In this document: positions 10,420-19,477 of the stretch, piece after piece
How positions within the stretch are numbered: position 1 is the first letter of the stretch
Layout: each line of letters begins with the position of its first letter
DNA from: an uncultured Solibacteraceae bacterium
GTDB lineage: Bacteria; Acidobacteriota; Terriglobia; Bryobacterales; Bryobacteraceae
Reading direction: 5' to 3'
Length of the DNA: 54,226 nucleotides
Assembly: GCA_964627455.1 (NCBI GenBank)
Contig: CAZVKC010000003.1
Location: 97,819-152,044, forward strand
Position numbers and translations under genes: made by a program
The notes under the pieces: model-generated
What the model was told of the DNA's origin: nothing
The model's database searches: none
The model's input: the letters and a program-made list of their open reading frames with translations, nothing else

Positions 10420-11215
10420 TCGCAGTGATCTCGAAGTTGCTGCTGAGCAGCTTCAGCCCGGGTGTCCGGATTAGGAGTTCATCGAGCACACGCGTCGCAC
10501 GGTAACCGGCGCGCCAGGATGGATACAGCCCGGCGAGCGGCGTCGAAACGAAATCGTAATAGCTGGCCCGCGCGTCGGGGAAGCCGGCGTCGGTGAAGAA
10601 GCGGCGCGTAAATCCCGGGGCAAGCTGGCGTTCGTCTTCCGTTTGATACTGCGCCATGACTTTCGGGAAGAACAGTTCGCCGATATAGCCGGACAACCGG
10701 TATCGCGAGGGATCGAGTGAGTAGAACGCCCCGTATGATTTGAGGATCGACCGGATCTTCGCCGCGCATCCCGCGAGCATCTCGTCCGTCAGATGATGGA
10801 GAAAGAAGATGGCGATCACCGCGTCGAACGGCTTCCTGTCATCGAATTCCTCGAGCCGGGCTTCATGTGCGCGGAAGTTCCGGATGCCCGCCTTTTCAGC
10901 GTCGGCGTTCGCCTGACGAACTGCGGCGGGGGAGAGATCGATGCCGACTATTTCCCCGACGTGCGGCGCCAGCAGGAGTTCCGTATCGCCGATGCCACAG
11001 CCGATACTGAGCACCCGCGACTGCTTCGCGGCGCCGGTCTTCGAAAGGATGCGCCGGACCATGTTCTCGCGCAACGCGCGAACCGCTGGTTTGGCAAAGT
11101 GTTGCTGCGCGAAACCGGAGTACAACTTCTCGTGGTACTCCAGTTCGCGCTGGAGCACTGGGTCTTCAGAGATCAGAGGGTCCAAACTTTGATCATAAAC
11201 GGTCTTTCGCTGCAT
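10409..11215 (-). CDS. class I SAM-dependent methyltransferase
   Basis: Motif I is VLSIGCGIGDTELLL; the motif II/III region is DAVIAIFFLHHL. It is convergent with the receptor gene with an 11-nt overlap, and its start codon is only 14 nt from the divergent ATPase start. Confidence 0.75.
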   Translation of the reverse strand: MQRKTVYDQSLDPLISEDPVLQRELEYHEKLYSGFAQQHFAKPAVRALRENMVRRILSKTGAAKQSRVLSIGCGIGDTELLLAPHVGEIVGIDLSPAAVRQANADAEKAGIRNFRAHEARLEEFDDRKPFDAVIAIFFLHHLTDEMLAGCAAKIRSILKSYGAFYSLDPSRYRLSGYIGELFFPKVMAQYQTEDERQLAPGFTRRFFTDAGFPDARASYYDFVSTPLAGLYPSWRAGYRATRVLDELLIRTPGLKLLSSNFEITAIKK

Positions 11216-11229
11216 CTAGGAGTGTAGAC

Positions 11230-12420
11230 ATGAGAATCCTGCTTTTTTCCGGCAAGGGCGGCGTAGGAAAAACGAGTCTCGCGGCCGCGACCGGCGTGCG
11301 TCTGGCGCAAAACGGCTGCCGGACCCTTGTCATGAGCGTCGACCCGGCGCACTCGCTCGGTGATGCGTTCGACATCGGCTCCGACCTGTTTACACGGCGC
11401 ACTGCGGACCCACTGACGTTACGCGACAACCTCGACATCCAGGAAATCAACATCCAGAAGGAGATCAAGAAGCACTGGCAGGAGATCTCGACTTACATCG
11501 TGTCGGTGTTGCGGACCAGCGGCATCAGCGGCGTCGAAGCCGACGAGCTGGCGATCCTGCCGGGCATGGAAGAGTTGTCGGCGATGATGTACGTCAACCA
11601 GTACACGCGCAGCAACCGTTATGACGTCATCGTGCTCGACTGCGCGCCGACCGCGGAATCGTTGCGATTCGTCAGCATGCCGACCACGCTCGGCTGGTAC
11701 ATGAAGCATGTCTTCCCGTTGCAGCGCACCGTGCTCAAAGCCGTTCGCCCGCTGGCGAACAAGGTGTCGCCGGTGGAACTGCCGTCGGACCGCTACTTCT
11801 CGAATGTCCTCGATCTATTCCAGAAGATCGATGGCATTGACGAACTGCTCGAGGATCCCAAGCGGACCAGCGTCCGTCTGGTCACCAACCCCGAGAAGAT
11901 GGTGCTGCGCGAGACACAACGTGCGTTCGTGTACTTCTCCCTGCACGGTTTGACGGTCGACCGGATCATGGTAAATCGGGTTCTTCCAGAGAATGTGCAG
12001 GATCCTTTTTTCGCGGCATGGCGGCAGTCGCAGGCGTCGACACTCGAGGAAATCGAGAGCTATTTCGCGCCGGTGAAAGTAACGCGCGTACCGTTGTTCC
12101 AGCAGGAAGTGCTCGGGATGGATCGGCTGAAAATGCTGGCAGGGATCCTGTATGGCGAAGGTGAGGATCCGGCAGCGGTGACTCGCGACGAGCGGCCATA
12201 CTCGTTCGAGAAGGTCAATGGCCAAAGCCGTGTCGTGATGAAGATGCCGTTCACGTTGAAGGGTGAGATCGGGTTGTTCAAGAAGGGCGACGAACTGGTA
12301 GTCCAGATCGGGACCCTGCGCCGGCACATCGGACTGCCGACATCCATGGCGGCACTGTCGCCCAGCAAGGCCAGGCTCGAAGGCAACGTGTTATCGATTG
12401 ACATGAGCGAGGTAGCATAG
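11230..12420 (+). CDS. ArsA/GET3-family P-loop ATPase with a C-terminal HSP20-like domain
   Basis: P-loop FSGKGGVGKTSLAAA, the ArsA hallmark VDPAHSL, and a DCAPTAESLRF switch region. The C-terminal ~90 aa (VVMKMPFTLKGEIGLFKKGDELVVQIGTLRRHIGLP) resemble an alpha-crystallin/HSP20 fold. AGGAG sits 8 nt upstream. Confidence 0.8.
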   Translation: MRILLFSGKGGVGKTSLAAATGVRLAQNGCRTLVMSVDPAHSLGDAFDIGSDLFTRRTADPLTLRDNLDIQEINIQKEIKKHWQEISTYIVSVLRTSGISGVEADELAILPGMEELSAMMYVNQYTRSNRYDVIVLDCAPTAESLRFVSMPTTLGWYMKHVFPLQRTVLKAVRPLANKVSPVELPSDRYFSNVLDLFQKIDGIDELLEDPKRTSVRLVTNPEKMVLRETQRAFVYFSLHGLTVDRIMVNRVLPENVQDPFFAAWRQSQASTLEEIESYFAPVKVTRVPLFQQEVLGMDRLKMLAGILYGEGEDPAAVTRDERPYSFEKVNGQSRVVMKMPFTLKGEIGLFKKGDELVVQIGTLRRHIGLPTSMAALSPSKARLEGNVLSIDMSEVA

Positions 12421-12424
12421 GGTC

Positions 12425-12652
12425 ATGGAAGATCAGAAGCCACAGTCCTCATCGCAGTGCTGGTGTGAAGGCCTCGGCGAAGAGCTTTCGCGCATGGCGT
12501 CGAAACTCGGACCTTCGGATGAAGTGCAGACGCACTTCCGCAACGCGAGGCTGGAATTCCTGAAGGGCTTGCGCGCGCTGATCGATGAACGCATCGAGAA
12601 AGTACAGCGCACGCAGCAGGCTTCCAAAGGCGCGTCGATTACGGTCGAATAA
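12425..12652 (+). CDS. small hypothetical protein (75 aa), likely translationally coupled to the ArsA-like ATPase
   Basis: It starts 4 nt after the ATPase stop with GAGGT 12 nt upstream. The sequence [21 protein letters not shown]...[22 protein letters not shown] is predicted helical, with no TM segment and no recognisable family. Confidence 0.4.
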   Translation: MEDQKPQSSSQCWCEGLGEELSRMASKLGPSDEVQTHFRNARLEFLKGLRALIDERIEKVQRTQQASKGASITVE

Positions 12653-13673
12653 CTTCGGCGAGGACCGCAGCAGCCTGTTCGCAATCGGCGCGGCTCACGT
12701 CGTAGTGCGTGACGGCGCGCATGCGGGTTCCGCCGACGCCGTTCATCAGTACGCCCCGCTCTTTCAGCGCGGCGGTCACTTCCGCGGGTTTGCGGCCCGT
12801 GCCAGCGATATCGAAAATCACGATGTTGGTCGCGACCCTGGACGGGTCGATCGATACGCCCGGCAGTTTCGCGGCCTCTTCGGCCAGGAACTTCGCGTTT
12901 GCATGATCCTCGCCGAGACGCGCAGGCATCTGTTCCAATGCGATCAGTCCGGCTGCCGCGAGGACGCCGACCTGCCGCATGCCGCCGCCCAGGCGCTTGC
13001 GGAACTTGCGCCCGCGGCTGATGGCGTCATGCGTGCCGACCAGCATCGATCCGACCGGGGCGCCGAGCGCCTTGGACAGACAGAAGTTCACGGAATCGAC
13101 CTTCGCCGTGATGCGGCTGACCGGCAGTCCCGAGGCAGCGGCTGCGTTGAAGATGCGCGCGCCATCCACGTGGACCTTCAGACCGCGCTCATGCGCGCGG
13201 TCGCAGATGTCGTCGATGATCTCCTGCGGATAGACGACGCCGCCGCACATGTTGTGCGTATTTTCGAGTTCAATGAGCGTCGTCGGTGCGCAATGCGGGC
13301 CATCCGGACGCAGTTTCTGCTCGATTCGATCCCAAGTGAGAATGCCGTCTTCCGTCTCGATCGTGCGCACCAGGCAGCCCGAGAACCACGCGGTCATCGA
13401 GAATTCCCAATCGAGGATGTGCGCGCGAGCGTCGCAGATCACTTCTTCGCCGTGGTTGGTGTGGACCTTGATGCCGATCGTGTTGCCCATCGTTCCAGTG
13501 GGCACAAACAGCGCGGCTTCTTTGCCGAAGATTTCGGCCGCACGCGCTTCCAGGCGGTTGACTGTGGGGTCCTCGCCGTACACATCGTCGCCGACCTCGG
13601 CCTCCGCCATCGCGCGCCGCATCGCGGCGGTGGGTTTGGTCACGGTGTCGCTTCGCAAATCAATCCAGGGCAT
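12639..13673 (-). CDS. ltaE: low-specificity L-threonine aldolase (PLP-dependent)
   Basis: [67 protein letters not shown] is the canonical threonine aldolase N-terminus. The track ORF (to 14138) carries a 155-aa non-homologous N-terminal extension; the start is placed at the ATG at 13671-13673. Confidence 0.8.
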   Translation of the reverse strand: MPWIDLRSDTVTKPTAAMRRAMAEAEVGDDVYGEDPTVNRLEARAAEIFGKEAALFVPTGTMGNTIGIKVHTNHGEEVICDARAHILDWEFSMTAWFSGCLVRTIETEDGILTWDRIEQKLRPDGPHCAPTTLIELENTHNMCGGVVYPQEIIDDICDRAHERGLKVHVDGARIFNAAAASGLPVSRITAKVDSVNFCLSKALGAPVGSMLVGTHDAISRGRKFRKRLGGGMRQVGVLAAAGLIALEQMPARLGEDHANAKFLAEEAAKLPGVSIDPSRVATNIVIFDIAGTGRKPAEVTAALKERGVLMNGVGGTRMRAVTHYDVSRADCEQAAAVLAEVIRP

Positions 13674-13773
13674 CCCTACCAATGTATCCCGGTAAGGAAT
13701 AGCAAACCCGTTCGGGACCGCCCAGTACCTCGTACCGGGCGGCCAGAAACGCGGCCGCTGGTTACGCTGAGGC

Positions 13774-14205
13774 ATGCTGTTGAGAATCGCAATCCTGTTG
13801 ACGATCGCGTTCAGCCTGCATGCAAAATGCAAGGCCGGTGTTGACTGTTTTTCTGAAGATTCCGGGATGGCGTCCCCGCGCCTGGCCGCTCCGCCTGACT
13901 TGACGCCGAAGTGGATGAGCCCGTATCGAATGGCGCAGTTCGCCATGGTAGGCGCGGCGGCGGCGGACATCGCCTCGTCGTGGGGATGCGCCGAAGCGAA
14001 TCCGATCCTGCGTTCCGCCGATGGACGTTTTGGCGCCAGCGGATTCGCGATCAAAGCCGGATTCACCGCGGGCAGCCTCGTCGCCACGCACCTGCTCAAG
14101 AAGAAGTTTCCGAAGTTCGAGCGGCCGCTGACATTCATGATGGGCGGGACCTCGACCTTCCTCTATACGACCGCATTCCGCAATCATTCCCAGCCCTGTT
14201 ACTGA
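13774..14205 (+). CDS. hypothetical secreted protein (143 aa)
   Basis: N-terminal signal peptide [17 protein letters not shown]. It occupies the otherwise empty 650-nt gap between ltaE and the permease gene. No recognisable family. Confidence 0.35.
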   Translation: MLLRIAILLTIAFSLHAKCKAGVDCFSEDSGMASPRLAAPPDLTPKWMSPYRMAQFAMVGAAAADIASSWGCAEANPILRSADGRFGASGFAIKAGFTAGSLVATHLLKKKFPKFERPLTFMMGGTSTFLYTTAFRNHSQPCY

Positions 14206-14323
14206 TCGGAGGCGCGACGGCCTGTCCCAGAAACGGACGGCGGCCACAGCGGAGGCCGCCGCCAACCCACACAAAACACGGTTTCTGCGGCGGTGGAAGG
14301 CAAAATGCAATTCACCGGACCAT

Positions 14324-16813
14324 ATGCCGTTTTTGAAGGACCTCCAAGTTTCGTTCCGCGCCTTGCGCTCGAATCCGGGATTCACCGCAGTCGCATTGCT
14401 GTCGTTGGGGTTGGGCATTGGCGCCAACACCGCGATCTTCAGCGTGATGGACGCGCTGCTTTTACGCAGTCTTCCTGTGACCAACCCGGAAGAATTGGTT
14501 TTCCTCGGCGATGGCCGGGCTGCCGGAATCGCGGGCGGGTTTCCGGACGGCCCGCCGCGGTTGTTTTCTTTGGATTTCTTTCGTTCTTTGAATGCGTCCC
14601 AGAAGGTTTTCTCGGGTACGGCGGCGATTTCGAGTCTGCGCGCGGATGTCCACGGACGCGTGGGCAATGGCGTTGCAGAACCACTGCAGGTCCGCCTGGT
14701 GTCCGGCGGATACTTCGGGATGCTCGGCGTTCAACCCGTCGCAGGCCGGCTGATCGCGGAGCAGGACGACATCGCACAGGGCGGGCATCCTCTCGCGGTT
14801 CTGAACTATGACTTCTGGCAGCGGCGATTCGCGGGAGATCCGCAAGCGGTGGGCAGGAGCATCGTCATCAACGGCGCGATTTACACGATTACCGGCGTGG
14901 CGTCCAAGGGTTTCAGCGGCACGGTCGTAGGCGAGTCGCCGGACCTGTGGGTTCCACTGGCGATGCAGCCGCAGTTGCAGGCGTGGATCAACAGTCCGAA
15001 CGAACAACTGACGCAGTTCACCTGGATCGTCGCCCGGCGGCTTCCGGGTGTTTCGGTAGACGAAGCGCAGGCGCAAACCAACGTCATCTACCGGCAGTGG
15101 CTGGAGAAGGTCGCGGGAACGTCGCCTACGCAGGACCAGAAGGAGTCTATGCGGAAGTCGGTCGTGAAGTTGACCGACGCGGCGAAAGGCGCGTCGCAAC
15201 TGCGGCGGCAATACGCGGAACCGCTGCAGATCCTGATGGCGATGGTGGGCATCGTGTTGCTGATCGCGTCGGCGAATGTCGCGAACCTGCTGCTGGCGCG
15301 CATCTCCGTTCGCCAGCGGGAAATCTCGGTCCGTGTGGCGCTCGGCGCAACGCGCGCCAGGCTGATGGCGCAATTGTTGACAGAAAGCGTCCTCATCGCA
15401 TTTCTGGGCGGCGTCATCGGGTTGATTCTCGCGTGGTGGGGCGCGCCCGTGCTGGTGAACCTCGTCTCGAGCGAGCCTCGCGCGATGGCGCTGGATGTCT
15501 CGCCGAAGCCCGTGGTGCTGCTGTTCACCTTCGGGCTCTGCCTCGTGACCGGCATGTTGTTCGGACTCGGACCAGCCATTCGCATGACTCGCACCGACAC
15601 GATTCCCGGGTTGCGCGACGCAGCCGGTAAAGGAGCGGTGCAGGGATCCACGCGCGGAATCGCGGGACGCCTGCTGGTGATCGCGCAGGTGACGCTGGCG
15701 ATGGTCCTGACTGCCGGCGCGGGGTGGTTCATTCAGACGCTGCAGAAGCTCCGCGAAACCGATACAGGGTTCGAAACGGAGCGGGCCCTGCTGGTGCAAC
15801 TCGATCCCGAAGCGAGCGGGTTGAAAGAGAAGCAACTGCTCGCGCTCGGGCAGCGGATCGAAGAGAAGATCGCGACCGTGCCGGGCGTGCGCTCCGCGAG
15901 TTACACGATGGTACGCTACGACGGCGGCCGCTGGGTTTCGGGCATGTGGCCCGAGGGCGTCGAGCGCACACGTCGCACGGCTCAGACCTCGGACGGCAAC
16001 CGGGTCGGCCTGCATTACTTCGAGACGCTCGGGATGCAGGTCCGGCAGGGGCGTAACTTCTCCGAGGCGGATGGGCCGAAGTCCGAGAGAGTCGTCATCC
16101 TCAACGAGACGCTCGCGCGCAAACTGTATCCTCAGGGCGATCCTGTCGGGCGACTGGCATACCTGGGTAGTGAAGCGCGGCGCATCATCGGCGTCGTATC
16201 CAACACCAAGGTCGCCAGTATGCGCGAAGAACCAACGGGGATGTTCTTCCTCTACAACCGGCAAACGGAGGACGGCTACAACGACTTGGTCGTGCGGGCC
16301 GCGGGCAATCCCACCGAGTTGCTTCCGCGTTTGCGCGCCGCGATTCTGGCCGAGGAACCGAATCTCGCGATCGCAGAAATCACATCACTGGGCGAGATCG
16401 TCGACCGCTCGCTGACGCAGGAGAAGATGCTGTCGAAACTCGCCTCGCTGTTCGGGGCGCTGGCTCTGGTGCTCTCCGCCGTCGGGATCTATGGCGTGCT
16501 CGCATACGCCGTGGCGCGCCGGACCAATGAAATCGGGGTTCGCATGGCGCTTGGCGCATCACCGGGCGATGTTCTCGGGATGGTGTTGAAAGAGTCGCTG
16601 CTGATCGTGGGGATCGGCGCGCTGCTGGGAGTCCCAGCGACGCTCGCCACGGGACGACTGGTAGCCAGCCGCCTGTATGGTTTGACGCCCAATGATCCGC
16701 TGACGCTTTCACTTGCAGCCGCAGTCCTGCTGGCAACGGCGGTGGCGGCGAGCCTGATTCCTTCAGGACGCGCCGCCCGCCTCGATCCGCTGGTTGCGTT
16801 ACGCGACAGCTAA
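14324..16813 (+). CDS. orphan duplicated MacB/FtsX-type ABC permease (Acidobacterial duplicated orphan permease family)
   Basis: Family-typical start MPFLKDLQVSFRALRSNPGFTAVALLSLGLGIGANTAIFSV. There are two MacB-like periplasmic-domain plus FtsX four-TM halves, and no adjacent ABC ATPase. Confidence 0.85.
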   Translation: MPFLKDLQVSFRALRSNPGFTAVALLSLGLGIGANTAIFSVMDALLLRSLPVTNPEELVFLGDGRAAGIAGGFPDGPPRLFSLDFFRSLNASQKVFSGTAAISSLRADVHGRVGNGVAEPLQVRLVSGGYFGMLGVQPVAGRLIAEQDDIAQGGHPLAVLNYDFWQRRFAGDPQAVGRSIVINGAIYTITGVASKGFSGTVVGESPDLWVPLAMQPQLQAWINSPNEQLTQFTWIVARRLPGVSVDEAQAQTNVIYRQWLEKVAGTSPTQDQKESMRKSVVKLTDAAKGASQLRRQYAEPLQILMAMVGIVLLIASANVANLLLARISVRQREISVRVALGATRARLMAQLLTESVLIAFLGGVIGLILAWWGAPVLVNLVSSEPRAMALDVSPKPVVLLFTFGLCLVTGMLFGLGPAIRMTRTDTIPGLRDAAGKGAVQGSTRGIAGRLLVIAQVTLAMVLTAGAGWFIQTLQKLRETDTGFETERALLVQLDPEASGLKEKQLLALGQRIEEKIATVPGVRSASYTMVRYDGGRWVSGMWPEGVERTRRTAQTSDGNRVGLHYFETLGMQVRQGRNFSEADGPKSERVVILNETLARKLYPQGDPVGRLAYLGSEARRIIGVVSNTKVASMREEPTGMFFLYNRQTEDGYNDLVVRAAGNPTELLPRLRAAILAEEPNLAIAEITSLGEIVDRSLTQEKMLSKLASLFGALALVLSAVGIYGVLAYAVARRTNEIGVRMALGASPGDVLGMVLKESLLIVGIGALLGVPATLATGRLVASRLYGLTPNDPLTLSLAAAVLLATAVAASLIPSGRAARLDPLVALRDS

Positions 16814-16817
16814 CTAA

Positions 16818-17840
16818 TTAAGCCTTGGCCGCGGCCAGCGCAGCGAGGCTCGATTCGTACGGAGCGCGAGCGACGCCGCGTTCCGTGATGATCGCGTGGA
16901 CATACCGGTTGGGCGTCACGTCGAAGCCGGGGTGCCTCGCTGCGAGGCCTTCGGGCGCAATGTGCACGCCCTGGATCTCGGTGACTTCGCGAGACGAACG
17001 TTCTTCGATCGGGATGTGCTCGCCGCTGGGAATCGAGAGATCCAAAGTGGAAATCGGCGCCGCCACATAGAACGGCACGCCATTCTCTTTGGCCAGCACT
17101 GCCACGGAGTAGGTTCCGATCTTGTTGGCAACGTCGCCGTTCGCGGCAATGCGATCGGCGCCAACGACCACGCATCCGATGTTGCCGGACTTCAGGAAGT
17201 GACCGGCCATGTTGTCGGTGATGATCGTGACGTCGATGCCATCCTGCTGCAGTTCCCACGCGGTGAGGCGCGAGCCTTGCAGGAACGGACGCGTCTCGTC
17301 TGCATACACGGCGATCTTCTTGCCCTGCTCTACCGCGCCGCGGATCACACCGAGCGCCGTGCCGTAGCCGGCAGTCGCCAGCGCGCCGGCATTGCAGTGG
17401 GTGAGCACGATCTTGCCGTCGGGCACGAGGTCCGCGCCGTGCTTGCCGATCGCCCGGCAGCAGGCGATGTCTTCTTCCTTGATCGCCTTTGCTTCCTCAA
17501 TGAGGCGCTCGCGGATGATTTCCACGGGTTGCCCGGCGAGCGAGGCGAAGAGTCCGCGCATGCGCTCGATGGCCCAGAAGAGGTTCACGGCTGTGGGACG
17601 AGTCTTGCGGATGGTTTCGCAGATTTCGTCGAAGGCGGACAAGTCTTCTTTCTGCACGCCGATCGCGATACCCATTGCGGCAGCGACGCCGATGGCGGGC
17701 GCGCCGCGGATGATCATGTCCTTGATTGCCGTCGCGACTTCACGGTAGTCCGTGCAGGTGACAAATACAGTTTCGCGAGGCAGGCGCGTCTGGTCGATCA
17801 TGACCACGCCTGCATCTGTCCATTCGAGAGTTTCAACCAT
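16818..17840 (-). CDS. mtnA: S-methyl-5-thioribose-1-phosphate isomerase (eIF-2B alpha/beta/delta-like family)
   Basis: [57 protein letters not shown] is the canonical MtnA N-terminus. It overlaps the upstream CPBP gene by 8 nt. Confidence 0.8.
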   Translation of the reverse strand: MVETLEWTDAGVVMIDQTRLPRETVFVTCTDYREVATAIKDMIIRGAPAIGVAAAMGIAIGVQKEDLSAFDEICETIRKTRPTAVNLFWAIERMRGLFASLAGQPVEIIRERLIEEAKAIKEEDIACCRAIGKHGADLVPDGKIVLTHCNAGALATAGYGTALGVIRGAVEQGKKIAVYADETRPFLQGSRLTAWELQQDGIDVTIITDNMAGHFLKSGNIGCVVVGADRIAANGDVANKIGTYSVAVLAKENGVPFYVAAPISTLDLSIPSGEHIPIEERSSREVTEIQGVHIAPEGLAARHPGFDVTPNRYVHAIITERGVARAPYESSLAALAAAKA

Positions 17841-18495
17841 TCGCTATGTATCCAGCCAAGAGAGTGAGATTGTAGGCGGAATGCGTGGCGGCCGCGGCCA
17901 GTGTGGAATCGAGCAGGCTGCGGACCAGGCCGAAGACGCATCCGGCAAGGAAAACGAGAAGCAGATGCTGCCAGGACCATTGATAGGCAGGTCCGTGCAG
18001 CAAGGCAAAGGGAATCGCAGTAATCACGGCCGCCACCATGCCGGGCATGTACTTCGCCAGCAGCGGCATGATGAAACCGCGAAACGCAAGTTCTTCCGCG
18101 ATCGGCCCAAGCAGAACGCTAGCCAGCGCAAAGACGAGGAGCAATCGCCGGTCCGTCAACAAGTCTTTGTAGGGCAGGTCGACCAACGGCGCTTCGAGCG
18201 TGGTGCCAAGCCAACTGATACCGAAGGCCAGCGCCACACCGCCGCATACCGCCAGAAAAAGCCAGCCATGGTTCACCCAGTTCAGCGATTCAAGAAGCGG
18301 CTTATGGTAGTGCACGCGGAACAACACCGATAACAGGATGAACCAGACCACGTACATGGTCATCTGCGCAATCAGTTCCTGCACTGCTTTGGGGACCGGA
18401 AGAAAACGCGCGCTCAACGCGCCGATCAGAACCGCGGGAAGAAAAAGCGCGACACCGAAGGCCAGGTCCCTGAAGCTCCAAAATGCACGCGTCAT
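17833..18495 (-). CDS. CPBP (CAAX/Abi) family intramembrane metalloprotease
   Basis: A multi-TM protein carrying the EELAFRG motif ([15 protein letters not shown]) and a downstream ALLHG His motif. Confidence 0.75.
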   Translation of the reverse strand: MTRAFWSFRDLAFGVALFLPAVLIGALSARFLPVPKAVQELIAQMTMYVVWFILLSVLFRVHYHKPLLESLNWVNHGWLFLAVCGGVALAFGISWLGTTLEAPLVDLPYKDLLTDRRLLLVFALASVLLGPIAEELAFRGFIMPLLAKYMPGMVAAVITAIPFALLHGPAYQWSWQHLLLVFLAGCVFGLVRSLLDSTLAAAATHSAYNLTLLAGYIANG

Positions 18496-18499
18496 AGGG

Positions 18500-19462
18500 C
18501 TATTCGGCGCACTCCACCAACAGCGCCGCGAGCAGCGGAATCATGATCTCATGGTGTCCGGTCAACTGGTAGCCGCGGCCTCCCGCATTCACATGCGGCC
18601 GTTGCACGACGTTGTGACGCGGACGGTAGTGCTCGAGAAAATCCATGTTCACGGTCGTGAAGTTCGCCAGCGGATAGCCAAGGTTCCGAACAGCGGAGAT
18701 GGCTTTCAAAAAGACTTCCGGCAACAGGACCGCGGAGCCGAGATTGAGATACACGCCGCCGGAATCGAGTCCCGTAACAAGGGAAGAGAAAAGTCGAAAA
18801 TCCTGGTGGGTCGCGGCGCCGATGGCGGCTGCGTCGGCTTCCGGATGCGTGTGCGGCGTGTCGGTTCCGACTGCCACATGCACGGTGACAGGTACGGAGT
18901 GCTCGTGGGCTGTATACAGGATGCTTTGCATCGCGACATCGCCACGGGCGTTCTGCAGCAGGCGGCGTCCGAGAGCCTCGCCCATTCCGACGCCATCCAA
19001 CACGCCGGCCTGGATCGCGCGATTCATTTCGCGCCCGGTTTCTTCGGCGGATCCGAAACGGCCATCGGGCAGGACGGCTTCCACGTCTTCGCTGGTGAAT
19101 CCGGCGACTGCAATTTCGAAATCGTGGATGGCGGCAGCGCCATTCATCGCAAAGGCTGTCACAAAGCCGCGACGCATGAGGTCGATCAGCACCGGCGCGA
19201 CGCCGGTTTTGATAACGTGCCCGCCGAGTCCCCAGATGATGGCGCGTTTGTCCCGGCGCGCATGCAGCAGCGCCTCGATCACGCCACGCAGGTTGTCGGC
19301 GGCGAGCACGCGAGGCAGGCCGGAAAGAAAAGACAACCAGTCGCCACCCTTGCCGTGCGGCCTGGCGAACATCGACGTGTGAACCTTCCCGCCGCGATCC
19401 TGGATCGGGATGGTCCGCAGCGCCTCAAAACTGAGAGGCTGATGATCGTATTTAGAGCCCAA
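18500..19462 (-). CDS. deoxyhypusine synthase-like (DHS-like NAD-binding fold) protein
   Basis: [45 protein letters not shown] aligns with the DHS core [60 protein letters not shown] matches IPVFSPALTDGSLGD. Confidence 0.55.
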   Translation of the reverse strand: [320 protein letters not shown]

Positions 19463-19477
19463 TTAGCTCATGCTAAC

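Noticed and set aside
10409-11215. Methyltransferase as arsenite methyltransferase ArsM, given the neighbouring ArsA-like gene.
   Set aside because: The protein lacks the conserved ArsM cysteine triad arrangement and looks like a generic Methyltransf_11/25 enzyme. The neighbouring ATPase is of the Get3/ArsA-HSP20 type rather than a true two-halved ArsA.
13674-14138. N-terminal extensions in the ORF track for the threonine aldolase (to 14138), PlsY (from 28117), BON protein (to 35290), SPFH protein (to 40436), the 149-aa protein (to 41673), ABC ATPase 2 (to 44554), TolC (to 47928), S9 peptidase (from 48416) and NUP (to 52234).
   Set aside because: In each case the conserved N-terminus, signal peptide or an AGGAGG-type RBS marks a downstream ATG. 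The extension is Arg-rich, lacks homology and often overlaps the neighbouring gene.
14462-16264. 600-aa minus-strand ORF antisense to the duplicated orphan permease; similar long antisense ORFs at 6288-7226 (+), 12585-13844 (+), 16896-17867 (+), 18338-20266 (+), 30117-31580 (+), 37005-38438 (+), 38463-40451 (+), 20837-21766 (+) and 50177-50866 (-).
   Set aside because: All are Arg/Pro/His-rich, low-complexity translations lying opposite genes with clear family signatures. They are the usual stop-codon-poor antisense frames of >60 % GC DNA.
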